From the NCBI GenBank assembly GCA_026392115.1, contig JAPLCQ010000064.1:64698-128697 (forward strand): a stretch of 64,000 bases of DNA. The letters run 5' to 3'. Positions 17,648 to 25,414 of the stretch are shown in pieces; positions within the stretch are counted from its first letter, which is position 1, and every line of letters starts with the position of its first letter. A program made the translations under genes and the position numbers. The notes beneath the pieces are model-generated. The model made no database searches, was not told the origin of the DNA, and saw only the letters and a list, made by a program, of their open reading frames with translations. Origin of the DNA: Armatimonadota bacterium (lineage in GTDB: Bacteria; Armatimonadota; Chthonomonadetes; Chthonomonadales; CAJBBX01).

Positions 17648-19054
17648 CTACTCGTTGTCTCTTTCGTACCCCACGAAGTCGCCGTCCCGCAGCTTCTCGT
17701 CGGCGGGCGGCGGCGCGGGTGTGTCCTTGGGCACCGACTGCTCCATCTTGCCCACGCGCTTGAGCGGGATGGGCTGCAGGGGCAGCGGGTCGGGCAGGCC
17801 CGTCTCGGCGACGCGGCGCTGCACGTGGTCTTCCATCCAGCCGCGCAGCCTGCGGGTCACCTCGGGCAGCTCGCGGGCCATGTTGGTCTGCTCGGCCGGG
17901 TCGCCGGTGAGGTGGTAGAGCTCCTCGGCGGGGAAGCCGTGGATGTCCGGCTCCAACCCGACGATGAGCTTCCACTCGTGGGTGCGGAGGGCGCGCTTCT
18001 TCATCCAGGTGTTCTCGGTCATGTGGATCACGTCGCAGGTCCCGCGCGAGACCGAGGTCTGGAAGGCGCCGGCGCGGGGCGCCTCCAGCATGGGCCGCAT
18101 GGAGGAGCCCTCGAATCGGAGGGCGGGGTCCAGAAGCCCGGCGAAGTCCAGGATGGTGGGCGTCAGGTCGATGGAGCGGCCGAAGCCCGGAGCGCGCGCG
18201 CCGGCGGGGATGCGGCCCGGCAGGCGCAGGACCAGCGGGATGCGCGTGTTGGGCTCGTAGAGGCCGTGGTGGTCGAACCAGCAGCCGTGCTCGTCCAGCT
18301 CCTCGCCGTGGTCGGTGGTGATGGCCAGGAGCGTGTCCTCGATCATCCCCTTCTCCCGCAGCCGTGCGAAGACGTGCGCCAGGCAGGCGTCCATGTAGGC
18401 GATCTCGGCGTCGTACTGGGCCTTGGGGAACTCGATGTCGGTGACGCCCGGCATCCACTCGTTGAAGTACCACTTGAAGTTCTCGAACCGCCAGACCGGA
18501 TCCATGCTCCGGTTGGCCGGGTCCTTCTCGTCGCCGCCGTAGAACATGCGGTCGAAGGGCGCCGGCGGCAGGTAGGGCGTGTGCGGGTCCCAGAAGTGGA
18601 GGTAGACGAAGAAGGGCTTGTACTGCGCCGCGGCCTGGTCGATGACGCTCAACGCGGGCTTCAACACCGCCTCGGCCTTGCGCCACGAGGTGGCGGCCGC
18701 GGTATCCCAGCTGTAGCCCTCGTAGACGTCGAAGCCGCGCTGGAACCAGCGCCCGAGGTTGTCGGCGGCCGCGGTGAAGTAGCCCCGCCGCTTGAGCAGC
18801 TCGGCCAGCATCGGCACGTCGGTGGAGAGCTCGGGCGTGCCGGACTGCCCGGTGACCCGCGTGGCGTAGACGTCCCGTCCGGTCATCATGGAGGTGTGGC
18901 CGGGGTAGGTGGGGATATGCGGCGAGAAGTACTCCGTAAGCACCGCGCCCTGCGCCGCCACCGCGTCCAGGTTTGGGCTGGTCGGCCGCGAGTGGCCATA
19001 GCAGGAGAGCCTGTCGGCCCGCAGCGTATCCAGGCTGAAGAGGATGACGTTCAT
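17648..19054 (-). CDS. Sulfatase-fold (alkaline-phosphatase superfamily) hydrolase lacking the formylglycine motif
   Basis: 468 aa, AAGGAG upstream of the ATG at 19054. The N-terminus MNVILFSLDTLRADRLSCYG matches sulfatase-family metal-site block 1. At the position of C/S-x-P-x-R the sequence is T-Y-P-G-H (HIPTYPGHTSMMTG). Confidence 0.85.
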   Translation of the reverse strand: MNVILFSLDTLRADRLSCYGHSRPTSPNLDAVAAQGAVLTEYFSPHIPTYPGHTSMMTGRDVYATRVTGQSGTPELSTDVPMLAELLKRRGYFTAAADNLGRWFQRGFDVYEGYSWDTAAATSWRKAEAVLKPALSVIDQAAAQYKPFFVYLHFWDPHTPYLPPAPFDRMFYGGDEKDPANRSMDPVWRFENFKWYFNEWMPGVTDIEFPKAQYDAEIAYMDACLAHVFARLREKGMIEDTLLAITTDHGEELDEHGCWFDHHGLYEPNTRIPLVLRLPGRIPAGARAPGFGRSIDLTPTILDFAGLLDPALRFEGSSMRPMLEAPRAGAFQTSVSRGTCDVIHMTENTWMKKRALRTHEWKLIVGLEPDIHGFPAEELYHLTGDPAEQTNMARELPEVTRRLRGWMEDHVQRRVAETGLPDPLPLQPIPLKRVGKMEQSVPKDTPAPPPADEKLRDGDFVGYERDNE

Positions 19055-19181
19055 GGCAGGGTGCTCCTTCGCGCATCGCGCCGATTTAGGGGCTATGGGT
19101 TACCAGATTCCGGGGCCGTTTGGCTTGGGCGCGGTCGGCCATGCCGGGGTGATCGCGGATTCCGGTACCCTGGGGCGTTCC

Positions 19182-19342
19182 GAGGGGCGTTGCCCCGGGT
19201 TGTTGGCCCGGGATGTTGCGCCGGGATGTTGGCCCAGGGCGTTGCCCCGGGCTCGGGTTGGGCCGCGCCGTTGGCGCTCGGGCCGGCCTGGATCCGAGCC
19301 CTGAAGGGGCGATCCAACATCAGCCCGGGGCAACGCCCTGGG
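19182..19342. repeat. GC-rich degenerate tandem 13-mers plus a 21-bp perfect inverted repeat in a divergent intergenic region
   Basis: Units of the form GCGTTGCCCCGGG / TTGTTGGCCCGGG / ATGTTGCGCCGGG / ATGTTGGCCCAGG occupy 19182-19251. CCCAGGGCGTTGCCCCGGGCT (19233-19253) is the exact reverse complement of 19322-19342. The 68-nt spacer itself contains GCTCGG...CCGAGC. Confidence 0.8.
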
Positions 19343-19421
19343 AACCTGGCGCGCGGGATGGCGGCCGGTGCGCCGCCCCGCTGCGCCGCTGGAGTCGGGG
19401 TCCTTCACTCCGTTCAGGACG

Positions 19422-19460
19422 ACCGTCAACGGCGTCAACCTTGTCAACAGCGTCAACGGC
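19422..19460. repeat. 9-bp-period array (GTCAAC every 9 bp, 4 units)
   Basis: GTCAAC occurs at 19425, 19434, 19443 and 19452. The array is about 110 bp upstream of the first URO-D gene. Confidence 0.8.
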
Positions 19461-19566
19461 GGCCCCGTCCTGTGCCGCCACTTCTCGGCCATGAGGCGTG
19501 TCCGGCCGGAAGGAGTGCGGGGCCTGCGCCTCGAACCTACGGCAACACGCTTCGGAGGGAACGGCC

Positions 19567-20625
19567 ATGATGACCTCGCACGAACGCTTCTCGCGCATGT
19601 TTGCCCACAAGGAGGCGGATCGCGTGCCCATCATCGACGGACCTTGGGGCGATACCGTGGCCCGGTGGCAGCGCGAGGGCATGCCGACCGACGTCAGCTA
19701 CGTGGACTACTTCGGGCTGGACAAGGTCGTCGGGATCGGCGCCGACAACGGCCCGCGCTGGGAGGGCAAGCGGCTGGAGGAGACCGACGAGTACGTCATC
19801 GACCTCACCTCCTGGGGCGTCACGCTCAAGAACCTGAAGACCACCTCCGTGCCGCAGTACCTCGACTTCCGCATCAAGGACCCCGACACCTGGCGCGAGG
19901 CAAAGGAGCGCATGGAGCCGAGCCGCGACCGGGTGGATTGGGCGCACCTGAAGCAGCACTACGCCTCCTGGCGCGAGCAGGGGTGCTGGATTCAGGGCCA
20001 CCCCTGGTTCGGCTTCGACGCCGCGCACTCCTTCGTTGACATGGAGGTGCTGCTGGAGGCCATGGTCGAGCAGCCGGAGTGGTGTGCGGAGATGTACAAC
20101 CACTGCCTGGACGTGAGCCTCACCATGCTGGACATGGTCTGGGACGAGGGCTACACCTTCGACTCGCTCTTCTGGTGCGACGACATGGGCTACCGGAACA
20201 CCCAGTTCTTCTCGGTGCGGGCCTACCGCGAGTTGCTCCTGCCGGCGCAGAGGCGCGCCGTGGAGTGGGCGCACCGCAAGGGCATCGTGGCGCACCTCCA
20301 CTCCTGCGGCAACATCATGCGCTTCGTGCCCGAGCTGGTCGGCATCGGGATGGACGGCCTGAACCCGCTGGAGGTGAAGGCCGGCATGGACTCCATCGGC
20401 ATCAAGCAGCAGTTCGGCGACCGCCTGCTGCTCCACGGCGGCATCAACGCCGTGCTGTGGGACAAGCCCGACGAGATCGAGGCAGAGATGCGCGCGGTGG
20501 TGCCCGCCCTGAAGCGGAACGGCGGCTACATCTTCTCCTCGGACCACTCGGTGCCCAGCAGCGTGAGCCTGGAGGACTTCCGGCGCATCGTGGAGCTGGC
20601 CAAGGAGCTGGGGAGCTACGAGTAG
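19567..20625 (+). CDS. URO-D-superfamily protein, paralog 1 (not HemE)
   Basis: The start is the ATG at 19567 (GGAGGG upstream). The N-terminus HKEADRVPIIDGPWG replaces the HemE PVWxMRQAGR block. HLHSCGN and GGYIFSSDHSV motifs are present. 352 aa. Confidence 0.85.
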   Translation: MMTSHERFSRMFAHKEADRVPIIDGPWGDTVARWQREGMPTDVSYVDYFGLDKVVGIGADNGPRWEGKRLEETDEYVIDLTSWGVTLKNLKTTSVPQYLDFRIKDPDTWREAKERMEPSRDRVDWAHLKQHYASWREQGCWIQGHPWFGFDAAHSFVDMEVLLEAMVEQPEWCAEMYNHCLDVSLTMLDMVWDEGYTFDSLFWCDDMGYRNTQFFSVRAYRELLLPAQRRAVEWAHRKGIVAHLHSCGNIMRFVPELVGIGMDGLNPLEVKAGMDSIGIKQQFGDRLLLHGGINAVLWDKPDEIEAEMRAVVPALKRNGGYIFSSDHSVPSSVSLEDFRRIVELAKELGSYE

Positions 20626-20647
20626 GGCCTCGAGGAGGAACCGCACC

Positions 20648-21778
20648 ATGGACGTTGCGCAGGTGAAGATCGACCGGCTTCGGCTGGCGTTGGCCCACAA
20701 GGAGCCGGACCGCGTGCCGGTGGGCGAGTTCTTCTGGACCGGCTTCCTCAAGCGCTGCAAGGCGGTCTGGGGCGAGGAGTTCGACCCCTACCGCCGGTTC
20801 GACCTCGACTACATCGTCATCGGACCGAACATGGACCCGGTGATCCGGCCCTTCGAGGTGGTCGCGCAGTCGGGCGACGACATCACGGTGCGGACCGGCT
20901 TCGGCGCGACGATCAGGCGCTCCGGCGACCTGCCCATGCCCAGCTTCGAGGCCTTCTCCGTCACGCGGCCCGAGGAGATGGCCGACTTCGCCTTCGATGC
21001 GCCGGACGACCCGCGCCGCTTCCGGCAGGGCGGCGACGACCAGCTCAACTGCGTGGGCGACGCGCTGGCCCGCGACATCCCCAGCTTCCTCGATCGGATG
21101 GCGCCCTACACCGCGGACATGGCGGTCTTCGGCGGCATCTGCGAGCCCTTCGAGTACCTCTGGCGCATCATCGGCACCGAGAACGCGCTGGAGTGGATGG
21201 CCACCGCGCCGGACGAGCTGGGCGCCTTCGTGCAGCGGATCGGAGCGCACATGGTCGCCATGTGCCGGGCGCAGATCGACGCCGCCGAGGGCAAGCTGGC
21301 CGGCATGGTCATCTGGGGCGACGTGGCCTACCGCAGGGGGATGCTCTTCGGCGCCCGGCGCTGGCGGAGCCTCTTCCGCCCCCACGTGCAGGCCCTCATC
21401 GACCTCTGCCACGAGCGCGGCCTCATGGTGATCTACCACGGCTGCGGCAACGCGTCGGACATCCTGGAGGACATGGTCGAGATCGGCCTGGACGCCTACA
21501 ACCCGCTGGAGGCCAAGGCCGACCTGGACGTGGTGAAGCTCAAGCAGCGGTACGGCGGACGCCTGGCCTTCTGCGGCAACGTCGATGTCCGCGTGCTGGA
21601 GTCGGGCGACCCGGCGGCCATCCGAGCCGAGGTCCTCTACAAGCTGCAGGCGGCGCGGGGCGGCGGCTACATCTTCCAGTCCGACCACTCGGTGAGCAGC
21701 GGCGTGGCGCCCGAGAGCTATGAGCTGGCCATCCGCACGCTCCGCGAGACCGGCGATTACCCATTGAGGCTCCCATGA
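20648..21778 (+). CDS. URO-D-superfamily protein, paralog 2
   Basis: 376 aa, GAGGAGG upstream. Motifs HKEPDRVPVGEFFW, IYHGCGN and GGYIFQSDHSV are present. Confidence 0.85.
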   Translation: MDVAQVKIDRLRLALAHKEPDRVPVGEFFWTGFLKRCKAVWGEEFDPYRRFDLDYIVIGPNMDPVIRPFEVVAQSGDDITVRTGFGATIRRSGDLPMPSFEAFSVTRPEEMADFAFDAPDDPRRFRQGGDDQLNCVGDALARDIPSFLDRMAPYTADMAVFGGICEPFEYLWRIIGTENALEWMATAPDELGAFVQRIGAHMVAMCRAQIDAAEGKLAGMVIWGDVAYRRGMLFGARRWRSLFRPHVQALIDLCHERGLMVIYHGCGNASDILEDMVEIGLDAYNPLEAKADLDVVKLKQRYGGRLAFCGNVDVRVLESGDPAAIRAEVLYKLQAARGGGYIFQSDHSVSSGVAPESYELAIRTLRETGDYPLRLP

Positions 21779-22821
21779 TGACACCCAGAGAGCGCGTCCT
21801 CACCACGTTCGACCATCGCGAGCCGGACCGCGTGCCGGTCTGGTGCGGCGCTTCGGCCGAGTTCCAGCAGAAGGTCAGGGACGAGCTGGGCCTGGACGAA
21901 GAGGCCTGGCTCCTGCGCATCCGCGACGACTTCCGCCGGGTCCGCGCCGGCGACTGCGGGCCGGAGTTCGCCCTCTCGCCCGGCGCCACCTGCCGCACCG
22001 TCTTCGGCGTGGAGCGCCACGGACTGGGGTACGGCCAGCCGCTGAGCCACCCGCTGGCAGACGCCGGCCTGGCCGAGGTGGATGCCTACGCCTGGCCCGA
22101 TCCCGCCTGGGTCGATGTCTCGCGCATCCGCGAGGAGGCGCTGCGTTGGGAAGGCCGGTATGCCGTGCTGGGCGGCGACTGGTCGCCCTTCTTCCACGAC
22201 GCCATCGACCTGCTGGGCATGGAGCGGCTCTACTTCGCCATGGCCGACGAGCCGGAGCTGGTGCAGAGCCTCATGCGGCACATGGTGGACTACTACCACG
22301 AGTCCAGCAGGCGCGTCTTTGAGGCCGCGGCCGGGGCCATCGACATCTTCTTTATCGGCAACGACTTCGGCAGCCAGCGCGGGCCCCTCCTCTCGGCCCG
22401 CCACTTCCGCTCCTTCGTGCTGCCCCACCTCGCGCGGCTCATCGAGCTGGGGCACGGCTACGGCCTCAAGGTGATGCTCCACTGCTGCGGCGGGATCCGG
22501 CCGCTGATCCCGGACATGATCGACGCCGGCCTCGACGCCCTCCACGCGGTGCAGCCCAGCTGCCTGGGCATGGACCTGGCGGGCCTGAAGGCCGAGTTCG
22601 GCGACCGCATCGTCTTCAACGGGGCCATCGACTCGCACCACGTGCTCATCAAGGGCACGCCCGAGACGGTGCGCGAGGGGACCCGCGAGGCCCTGCGCGC
22701 CATGATGCCCGGAGGCGGCTACATCGCCGGCGCCAGCCACGACAGCATCCTGGAGGAGACCCCGGTGGAGAACGTCGTGGCCATGTTCGACGCGGTCCAC
22801 GAGTTCGGCGCGTATGCCTGA
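21775..22821 (+). CDS. URO-D-superfamily protein, paralog 3
   Basis: 348 aa. The ATG overlaps the upstream stop (ATGA). Motifs HREPDRVPVWCG, MLHCCGG and GGYIAGASHDS are present. Confidence 0.85.
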   Translation: MMTPRERVLTTFDHREPDRVPVWCGASAEFQQKVRDELGLDEEAWLLRIRDDFRRVRAGDCGPEFALSPGATCRTVFGVERHGLGYGQPLSHPLADAGLAEVDAYAWPDPAWVDVSRIREEALRWEGRYAVLGGDWSPFFHDAIDLLGMERLYFAMADEPELVQSLMRHMVDYYHESSRRVFEAAAGAIDIFFIGNDFGSQRGPLLSARHFRSFVLPHLARLIELGHGYGLKVMLHCCGGIRPLIPDMIDAGLDALHAVQPSCLGMDLAGLKAEFGDRIVFNGAIDSHHVLIKGTPETVREGTREALRAMMPGGGYIAGASHDSILEETPVENVVAMFDAVHEFGAYA

Positions 22822-25414
22822 CGCCTCCGAGATCGGCCTGGCCCTGAGCCTGCGGGGCGTCAGCAAGCGCTACCCCGGCACGCTGGCCGTCGACCGCGTC
22901 GACTTCAGCCTCCGCTCCGGCGAGATCCACGCGCTGGTGGGCGAGAACGGCGCGGGCAAGTCGACGCTGGTGAAGATCATCGCCGGCGCGTTCAGCGACT
23001 ACACGGGCCAGGCCCTTATCAACGGCAAGGAGGTGGCCCTCCGGTCGCCATCCGCCGCCAAGGCGCAGGGCATTGAGCTGATCCACCAGGAGCTGAGCCT
23101 CGCCCTGCCGCGCAGCGTGGCCGAGAACGTGCTGTCCGGTCGCCTCCCCGTGCGGGCCGGCTTCTGGGTGGACGACCGGCGGCTGGAGGCGGACGCCCGC
23201 ATCTGGCTCGAGGCCGTGGGTCTGGATCTGGATCCCGCCACCCCTGTGGAGGAGCTGAGCCGCCACGAGGCCCAGTTGGTGGAGATCGCCCGGGCGCTGG
23301 CCAACATGCCCTGCATCCTGGTGCTGGATGAGCCCACCTCGTCGCTCAGCCGCGAGGAGACCGACCGGCTCTTCGAGCTGCTGCGCCGCCTGCGGTCCAA
23401 GGGACTGGCCATCGTCTACATCTCGCACCACCTGCCCGAGATTTTCGCCATCGCCGACCGCGTGACCGTCATGCGCGACGGCCGCAAGGTGGCCGAGGAG
23501 AGCCTGCACGACGTGAGCCCCGAGCGGCTGGTGGGCCTCATGGTGGCCGGCGCCGCGGCCGGCCTGCGCCCGCGCCGCTCCTCCGAGCCCGGCGGTGTGC
23601 GGCTGGAGGTGGCCGGAGCCGGGCGCAAGGGCTTCTTCACCGACATCTCGTTCAATGTGCGAGCCTGCGAAGTGCTGGGCATTGGCGGCCTCAGCGGCTC
23701 CGGCCGCACCGAGCTGGCCCGCAGCCTCTGCCGCATCGACCCGCTCCATAGCGGCACGGTGACGCTGGACGGCGCGCCCGTGGCCCGTGGCGGTCCCTCC
23801 GCGGCCATTCGGCGGGGCCTGGCGTACCTGACCGAGGACCGCAAGGGCGACGGCCTGGCCCTGCGCCTGACCGTCTCCGACAACGTGCTGGCGGCCGCCA
23901 CGCCGGGCCGAACGCAGAAGGGGTGGCTCGCGCCCCGAGCGGGAGGCGTCGCCGCCCTGCTGGACCAGCTGGCGGTGCAGCCCCGGGATCCGCGCCGTCA
24001 GGCAGCGGGGCTCAGCGGCGGCAACCAGCAGAAGGCGCTCCTGGCCCGCTGGCTGGCCGTGAACCCCGAGGTCCTCTTCCTCGACGAGCCCACGCGCGGC
24101 GTGGACGTGGCGGCCAAGGCGGCCATCCACGAGGCCATCGTCCGGCTGGCCGAGGCGGGCAAGTGCGTCGTACTCATCTCCAGCGACCTGCCCGAGCTGG
24201 TGGCCCTCTCGGACCGAGTGCTGGTGATGCGCCAGGGGCGCGTGGAGGCCGAGCTGGCCCGCGAGCAGTGCAGCGAAGAGGCCGTGCTGCTGGCGGCCAA
24301 CGGCAGGCCCGTGCCGGGAGAGACACGGGCAGGGACGCCTGTGCCACCAACGGCGGTGGCGCCACCGGCAACTACCCCTCCGGGGGCGGGGGAGACCCGG
24401 GCAGGGACGCCCGTGCCCCCGGATGTGGGTGACGCCGTCGCCCGCGGCCTCAGGCATGGGGCGGCCGGCCGACGCTGGCTGGCGCTCGCGGCGGCCGCGC
24501 TGGCGCTGGCGGTGGCGGCCATGCTGGCGCCGCGCGCCCTGTTCAGCCCGGCCAATCTGCTCTCGGTGGTGCAGGCCGTGGCGATCCTGGGCGTGGTGGC
24601 CTGCGGGGTCTGCTTTACCACGTACACAGGGCACTACGCCGACCTGTCGGTCCCCTCGGCCATGGCCTTCTCGGGCATCGTCACCATCTGGGCGCTGCCG
24701 CATGGGCTGGGGCCCGCGCTGGCGGCGGGGCTGGGCGTGGGCCTGGCCGTCGGTGTGGTGAACGGCGCCGCCATCGGCTGGCTCCGCGTGAACCCCATCA
24801 TCTGGACACTGGCCACCGGCGCCGCCGTGGGCGGTCTCATCCGGTGGGTCTTTAGCGGCGAGCAGGTCTACCCCGACGAGGCGCTGGCGGCGGGGCGCAC
24901 CTTCCTGGAGCTCTACGGCGGCAAGGTGTGGGGCCCCGTGACGCTGGCAGTGGCCGCCATGGGCACGGCGGCGCTGGCGGCCGGGGCGTTGCTGCGCGGG
25001 ACGCTCTTCGGCTTCCATGCCCGGCTCACGGGGGCGAGCTACGAGGCCGCCCGGCTCAGCGGCGCGCCCGTGGGTGGCGTGGTGGCCGCGGCCTTCGCGC
25101 TCTCCGGGCTGGCGGCGGCCGTGGGCGGCATCCTGCTCGCCTCGCTGAACAAGGTGGGCGCGCCCTACATCGGCAAGGGGTACGACTTCCTGGCGGTCAC
25201 CGCCATCGTGCTGGGCGGCATGAGCCTGGCGGGCGGGCGCGGGGGCGCGGGCGGCGTGCTGGGCGGCGTGCTCGTCATCGGCCTGCTGCGGAGCGCCATG
25301 AACCTGATCGGACTGAACAGCTTCCTGCAGGAGATCGCCCAGGGCATGGTCTTCATCGCGGTGGTGGGCGCCCACGTGCTGCTCCTCCGGCGGCAGGGGC
25401 TCGACGATGCATAG
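22814..25414 (+). CDS. CUT2-type sugar ABC transporter: tandem-NBD ATPase fused in frame to a permease domain
   Basis: 866 aa. NBD1 has GENGAGKST, the signature-like LSRHEAQLVEIARAL and ILVLDEPT. NBD2 has GLSGSGRTE, LSGGNQQK and LFLDEPTRGVD. A Pro/Thr-rich linker follows with the duplicated peptide GETRAGTPVPP. An RbsC-like permease domain completes the protein (NLLSVVQAVAILGVVACG, TGASYEAARLSG, AVTAIVLGGMSLAGGRG). The start overlaps the upstream stop by 8 bp. Confidence 0.8.
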   Translation: MPDASEIGLALSLRGVSKRYPGTLAVDRVDFSLRSGEIHALVGENGAGKSTLVKIIAGAFSDYTGQALINGKEVALRSPSAAKAQGIELIHQELSLALPRSVAENVLSGRLPVRAGFWVDDRRLEADARIWLEAVGLDLDPATPVEELSRHEAQLVEIARALANMPCILVLDEPTSSLSREETDRLFELLRRLRSKGLAIVYISHHLPEIFAIADRVTVMRDGRKVAEESLHDVSPERLVGLMVAGAAAGLRPRRSSEPGGVRLEVAGAGRKGFFTDISFNVRACEVLGIGGLSGSGRTELARSLCRIDPLHSGTVTLDGAPVARGGPSAAIRRGLAYLTEDRKGDGLALRLTVSDNVLAAATPGRTQKGWLAPRAGGVAALLDQLAVQPRDPRRQAAGLSGGNQQKALLARWLAVNPEVLFLDEPTRGVDVAAKAAIHEAIVRLAEAGKCVVLISSDLPELVALSDRVLVMRQGRVEAELAREQCSEEAVLLAANGRPVPGETRAGTPVPPTAVAPPATTPPGAGETRAGTPVPPDVGDAVARGLRHGAAGRRWLALAAAALALAVAAMLAPRALFSPANLLSVVQAVAILGVVACGVCFTTYTGHYADLSVPSAMAFSGIVTIWALPHGLGPALAAGLGVGLAVGVVNGAAIGWLRVNPIIWTLATGAAVGGLIRWVFSGEQVYPDEALAAGRTFLELYGGKVWGPVTLAVAAMGTAALAAGALLRGTLFGFHARLTGASYEAARLSGAPVGGVVAAAFALSGLAAAVGGILLASLNKVGAPYIGKGYDFLAVTAIVLGGMSLAGGRGGAGGVLGGVLVIGLLRSAMNLIGLNSFLQEIAQGMVFIAVVGAHVLLLRRQGLDDA
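24317..24420 (+). repeat. Two ~32-bp GC-rich hairpin repeats inside the ATPase-permease linker
   Basis: GGAGAGACACGGGCAGGGACGCCTGTGCCACC (about 24318-24349) and GGGGAGACCCGGGCAGGGACGCCCGTGCCCCC (about 24389-24420) match at 28 of 32 positions by eye. Each contains a CGGGC-AGGGAC-GCCCG type stem-loop. The copies are 72 bp apart, so the frame is preserved. Confidence 0.8.

Noticed and set aside
17613-19076. N-terminal 488 codons of ORF 16389..19076, which would fuse argD to upstream sequence
   Set aside because: This part overlaps the sulfatase-like gene in another frame and has junk composition. The aminotransferase has a clean start at 17612 with AAGGAG.
19567-22821. Annotating the three URO-D-family genes as hemE (uroporphyrinogen decarboxylase)
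   Set aside because: The HemE N-terminal substrate-binding motif is absent in all three. They are triplicated and sit in a sugar-transport operon. A heme-biosynthesis role is not supported.
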